From assembly GCA_963702025.1 (NCBI GenBank), contig OY969699.1, forward strand, positions 1,184,001 through 1,248,000: 64,000 nucleotides of DNA, read 5' to 3'. This DNA is from an uncultured bacterium. Its GTDB lineage: Bacteria > Babelota > Babeliae > Babelales > Vermiphilaceae. This document shows, piece after piece, positions 61,409-64,000 of the stretch. How positions within the stretch are numbered: position 1 is the stretch's first letter; each line of letters begins with the position of its first letter. Below the pieces are notes generated by a model. The model was not told where the DNA came from, did no database searches, and worked only from the letters and a program-made list of their open reading frames with translations. The position numbers were made by a program, and so were the translations under genes.

Positions 61409-62272
61409 TCACTTTTTTAATTTTGAGAGTTCTTTCTCACAGACATGTTTCAATTCAGGAAGAAAGCATCCATATAAATATTGAGCAGCTGTGGCATGAA
61501 TTCTTTCGAGATTATCGGATAGGCATACTATTGTGCCTCCCAAGGAAATATATGGAATATTATTTTGTAAGCATAACCTCCAAAAAACTGCTCCCGATGC
61601 TCCATAAACTAATAGATTTTTGGGATTCGGAAGTTTCCAGTAATGGACTTTGGATTTTTGATTATAAGCTAAACGTTCACCACCACCAATAAAGGACTCT
61701 GCTAGCATTATCTTATCTATAATTTCATTTGCCCCTCGATAAAAACCTGAGATAACTGAAACCTCTGGTGCAGCTAAATCTCTTTCTTGATTTTCATCTA
61801 AGTCGTAAAATTTTGAATTATTAATCAATTTATGATCTGCAATATTTTCCCCAAACCCAATACAAATAAAACCAAGATCCGGATCAAACCTACCGGAAGA
61901 CCGGATTCCATCTCTATGAGCTTGAGCATAAAAAAATGGAAAATTGGCTAAACAACCAACAACAAAATCTTTTATAAGTTTTGATAAAATTATAAATTGA
62001 CGGCCTTTATCATCAACAATAATAGATTTACAAAGTGATTGAACATTAGGATCTGAATCATCTAATACATGCTTTGCGGTCAAAATACCATATACTTTGA
62101 CAATTTTATCTTCTATTAAGGTATCAAATTTGATAAAAGTACCGGATGCGATAGGAAATTCTAAATTTGTGCCTAGTGAAACTTGATACAATGCCATATG
62201 TTCATTAAGAATTTCTGATAATTGATTTAATGAAAAGGGGGATTCTGATTGCATAAATATCTCATTAATCAT
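61409..62272 (-). CDS. Trypsin-like serine protease domain protein
   Basis: ASGTF, LTAKHV, DLGF, GASG in triad order. Confidence 0.6.
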   Translation of the reverse strand: MINEIFMQSESPFSLNQLSEILNEHMALYQVSLGTNLEFPIASGTFIKFDTLIEDKIVKVYGILTAKHVLDDSDPNVQSLCKSIIVDDKGRQFIILSKLIKDFVVGCLANFPFFYAQAHRDGIRSSGRFDPDLGFICIGFGENIADHKLINNSKFYDLDENQERDLAAPEVSVISGFYRGANEIIDKIMLAESFIGGGERLAYNQKSKVHYWKLPNPKNLLVYGASGAVFWRLCLQNNIPYISLGGTIVCLSDNLERIHATAAQYLYGCFLPELKHVCEKELSKLKK

Positions 62273-62525
62273 TAATTAAGTAGGCTATACTATCAATATA
62301 TACTTAGGCTTTGATTAATTCAATGCGGAAAGAAGAAAACACCGTTTGTATATGGCTTAATGATATAGTAAACTTAATTTCTCCGTTCCTGAATGCGTCA
62401 ACTAAGCACCGCCAGTCTACGCTTCAGAACTGAAGCTTCGCCTGGCTGTCGCCATCACTTATGGAAATAATTTAATCATCAAGCTTAAAATAAAAATTGG
62501 CTCGCCTCCTTGTTGCAAGCAGTGT

Positions 62526-62598
62526 CCGCACTATCGTCCAATTGGTAGAATCTTCCACTTGATGTAAGAGATGGGAGTTCGAATCTTCCTGGGAGCGG
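62526..62598 (+). pseudogene. Degenerate tRNA-like sequence
   Basis: TCGTCCAATTGGTAG D-like arm and GGGAG-TTCGAAT-CTTCC T arm; anticodon arm does not pair; no CCA. Confidence 0.35.
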
Positions 62599-62795
62599 CA
62601 CGCATATGTTCTATAAAAAAACGAACCGCTAACTTTTCTTTTTTCGTTCTTGTTTGTTAATTTTTTGTTTTTTCCAATTCAGCCTCAATTTCTTCTAATC
62701 ATAAACGGCTGAAAGATGGCAGGCATTTTTGCATGTTTTTGCATGTTAGTTTATAGTTAATATGAGTCATATATTATTTACTAGACGGGAATATT

Positions 62796-63782
62796 ATGAA
62801 AAAAGTTAGGTTATTAGTTTTAGTTATGCTTGGTTTTGCTCAGGTTAGTGGCACAGCAGCAGATTATCCAAAAATGTCGGCAAATGAATTAAATGAAGCT
62901 CTTATTATAGCTGTAAAAAAAGGTTCTTCAGACGACGTGCAAAAGCTAGTAAGATCAGGGGCTAATGTTAATCAAAAAATTACTTACACCAAGTCTAATT
63001 ATGATGATTATGATTCTGATATTACTTGTACACTTCTAGAGTATGCTGCCAAAAATGGTTATGTAGATATTGTAAAGGAGCTTATACAGAAGCTTAAAAA
63101 TGATGATATCAATACAGCTCTTATTTTAGCCGCAGAAGAAGGCCATGCAAATGTGGTAAGAGAGCTTGTACAAGCAAAACCTAAAGTTGATGTTATCAAT
63201 ACAGCTTTAATTTCTTCTGCAAGAAACTTTCCGGGTATTACTACAAATCCTTCATCGGGTCGACGTGATCGTACAGCTCTCAAAGATTATTTAAATGTAA
63301 TAAAAGAGCTTATAAAAGCAGGCGCTAATGTTAATCATGCAAACGAGTATGGAAATACAGCTCTTATTGAAATTATAGAATGTTCTCTTTATACAGAAGC
63401 ACAGAAGAATAATAGAGTAGAAATTATACAAGCTCTTTTAAAAGCAAAAGCCAATGTTAATCATGCTAACAAATTAAGTGATACAGCTCTTATACGAGCT
63501 ATACAAAAACATGATTTTGATGCTGTGCAAATTCTTTTAAAAACTCCGGGAATTAACGTTAACTATGCTGATAAAAACGGGAATACGGCTCTTATAATTG
63601 CTTTACAATGTATAGAATATACATATGTTGCTGGTAACAATGAACAATACAATAATTGCTTAAATAGCCAAAAGATTTTAGAAATACTTTTACAAACTCC
63701 AGGAATTAATCCCCATCATGTTAATAAAAATGGTGATACAGCTATTATGTTGTTTGAGAAACTAAAATCAAGAGTAGCCTAA
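62796..63782 (+). CDS. Exported ankyrin-repeat protein
   Basis: GANVN, GNTALI repeats; signal peptide. Confidence 0.9.
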   Translation: MKKVRLLVLVMLGFAQVSGTAADYPKMSANELNEALIIAVKKGSSDDVQKLVRSGANVNQKITYTKSNYDDYDSDITCTLLEYAAKNGYVDIVKELIQKLKNDDINTALILAAEEGHANVVRELVQAKPKVDVINTALISSARNFPGITTNPSSGRRDRTALKDYLNVIKELIKAGANVNHANEYGNTALIEIIECSLYTEAQKNNRVEIIQALLKAKANVNHANKLSDTALIRAIQKHDFDAVQILLKTPGINVNYADKNGNTALIIALQCIEYTYVAGNNEQYNNCLNSQKILEILLQTPGINPHHVNKNGDTAIMLFEKLKSRVA

Positions 63783-63934
63783 AGGCCACCGCTAGCCCTT
63801 TTTTAATGCATTCCAATGAAAAAAACAACTAAGAATTATGAAGTAAGTTAAGGAATTTGTTATTTTTGCAGTGTAAAAAATCTTGACACTAGTGAAAACG
63901 AAATATTAAATTTCAGGAAAAGAAAGGCTCAAGA

Positions 63935-64000
63935 ATGAAATTTAATAATCGTGATACTGCTGTTGTTGTAATCGATCCACAAAATGATTTTCTCAACCAG
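63935..64000 (+). CDS. Isochorismatase-family cysteine hydrolase, N-terminus (truncated by the window)
   Basis: MKFNNRDTAVVVIDPQNDF. Confidence 0.7.
   Translation, partial: MKFNNRDTAVVVIDPQNDFLNQ

Larger units (their letters stand above)
54931..62414. mobile_element. Integrative element in the tRNA-Asp 3' end
   Basis: Serine recombinase at the left end, Rep-like gene, AGC(C/A)CCGCCA at both ends, displaced post-tRNA repeat resumes at 62415. Confidence 0.85.

Noticed and set aside
54931..62414. Prophage
   Set aside because: No terminase, capsid, tail or lysis genes; called an integrative element instead

Overview
AT-rich bacterial chromosome segment. The gene content (many ankyrin/Sel1 proteins, short N-terminal export signals, NupC next to pyrG) suggests an intracellular protist parasite such as Babeliae/Dependentiae (TM6); this assignment is inference. 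Housekeeping genes (dnaE, tRNA-Phe/pheS, galU, ppsA, pyrG, nupC, prfA, rpmE, mutM, a DEAD-box helicase, tRNA-Val/Asn/Asp) are mixed with a large block of probably exported effector-like genes (~32.8-54.2 kb), an intact IS4-family element with a 6-bp TSD, and a ~7.5 kb serine-recombinase element integrated in tRNA-Asp. Most notable: (1) a small GIY-YIG nuclease gene bracketed by inverted copies of a palindromic repeat that is dispersed and nested across the window; (2) an integrase whose C-terminus would be swapped by its own integration/excision; (3) a signal-peptide-bearing, divergent class II ribonucleotide reductase with no Cys tail, near a thioredoxin that ends in an RNR-like CxxGxC tail; (4) ~300-bp structured inverted repeats with a compensatory change around an 8 kb cargo block; (5) a recurring uncharacterised 'W..H..D..YHR' domain in three exported proteins. 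All calls come from reading motifs by eye; no searches were run.
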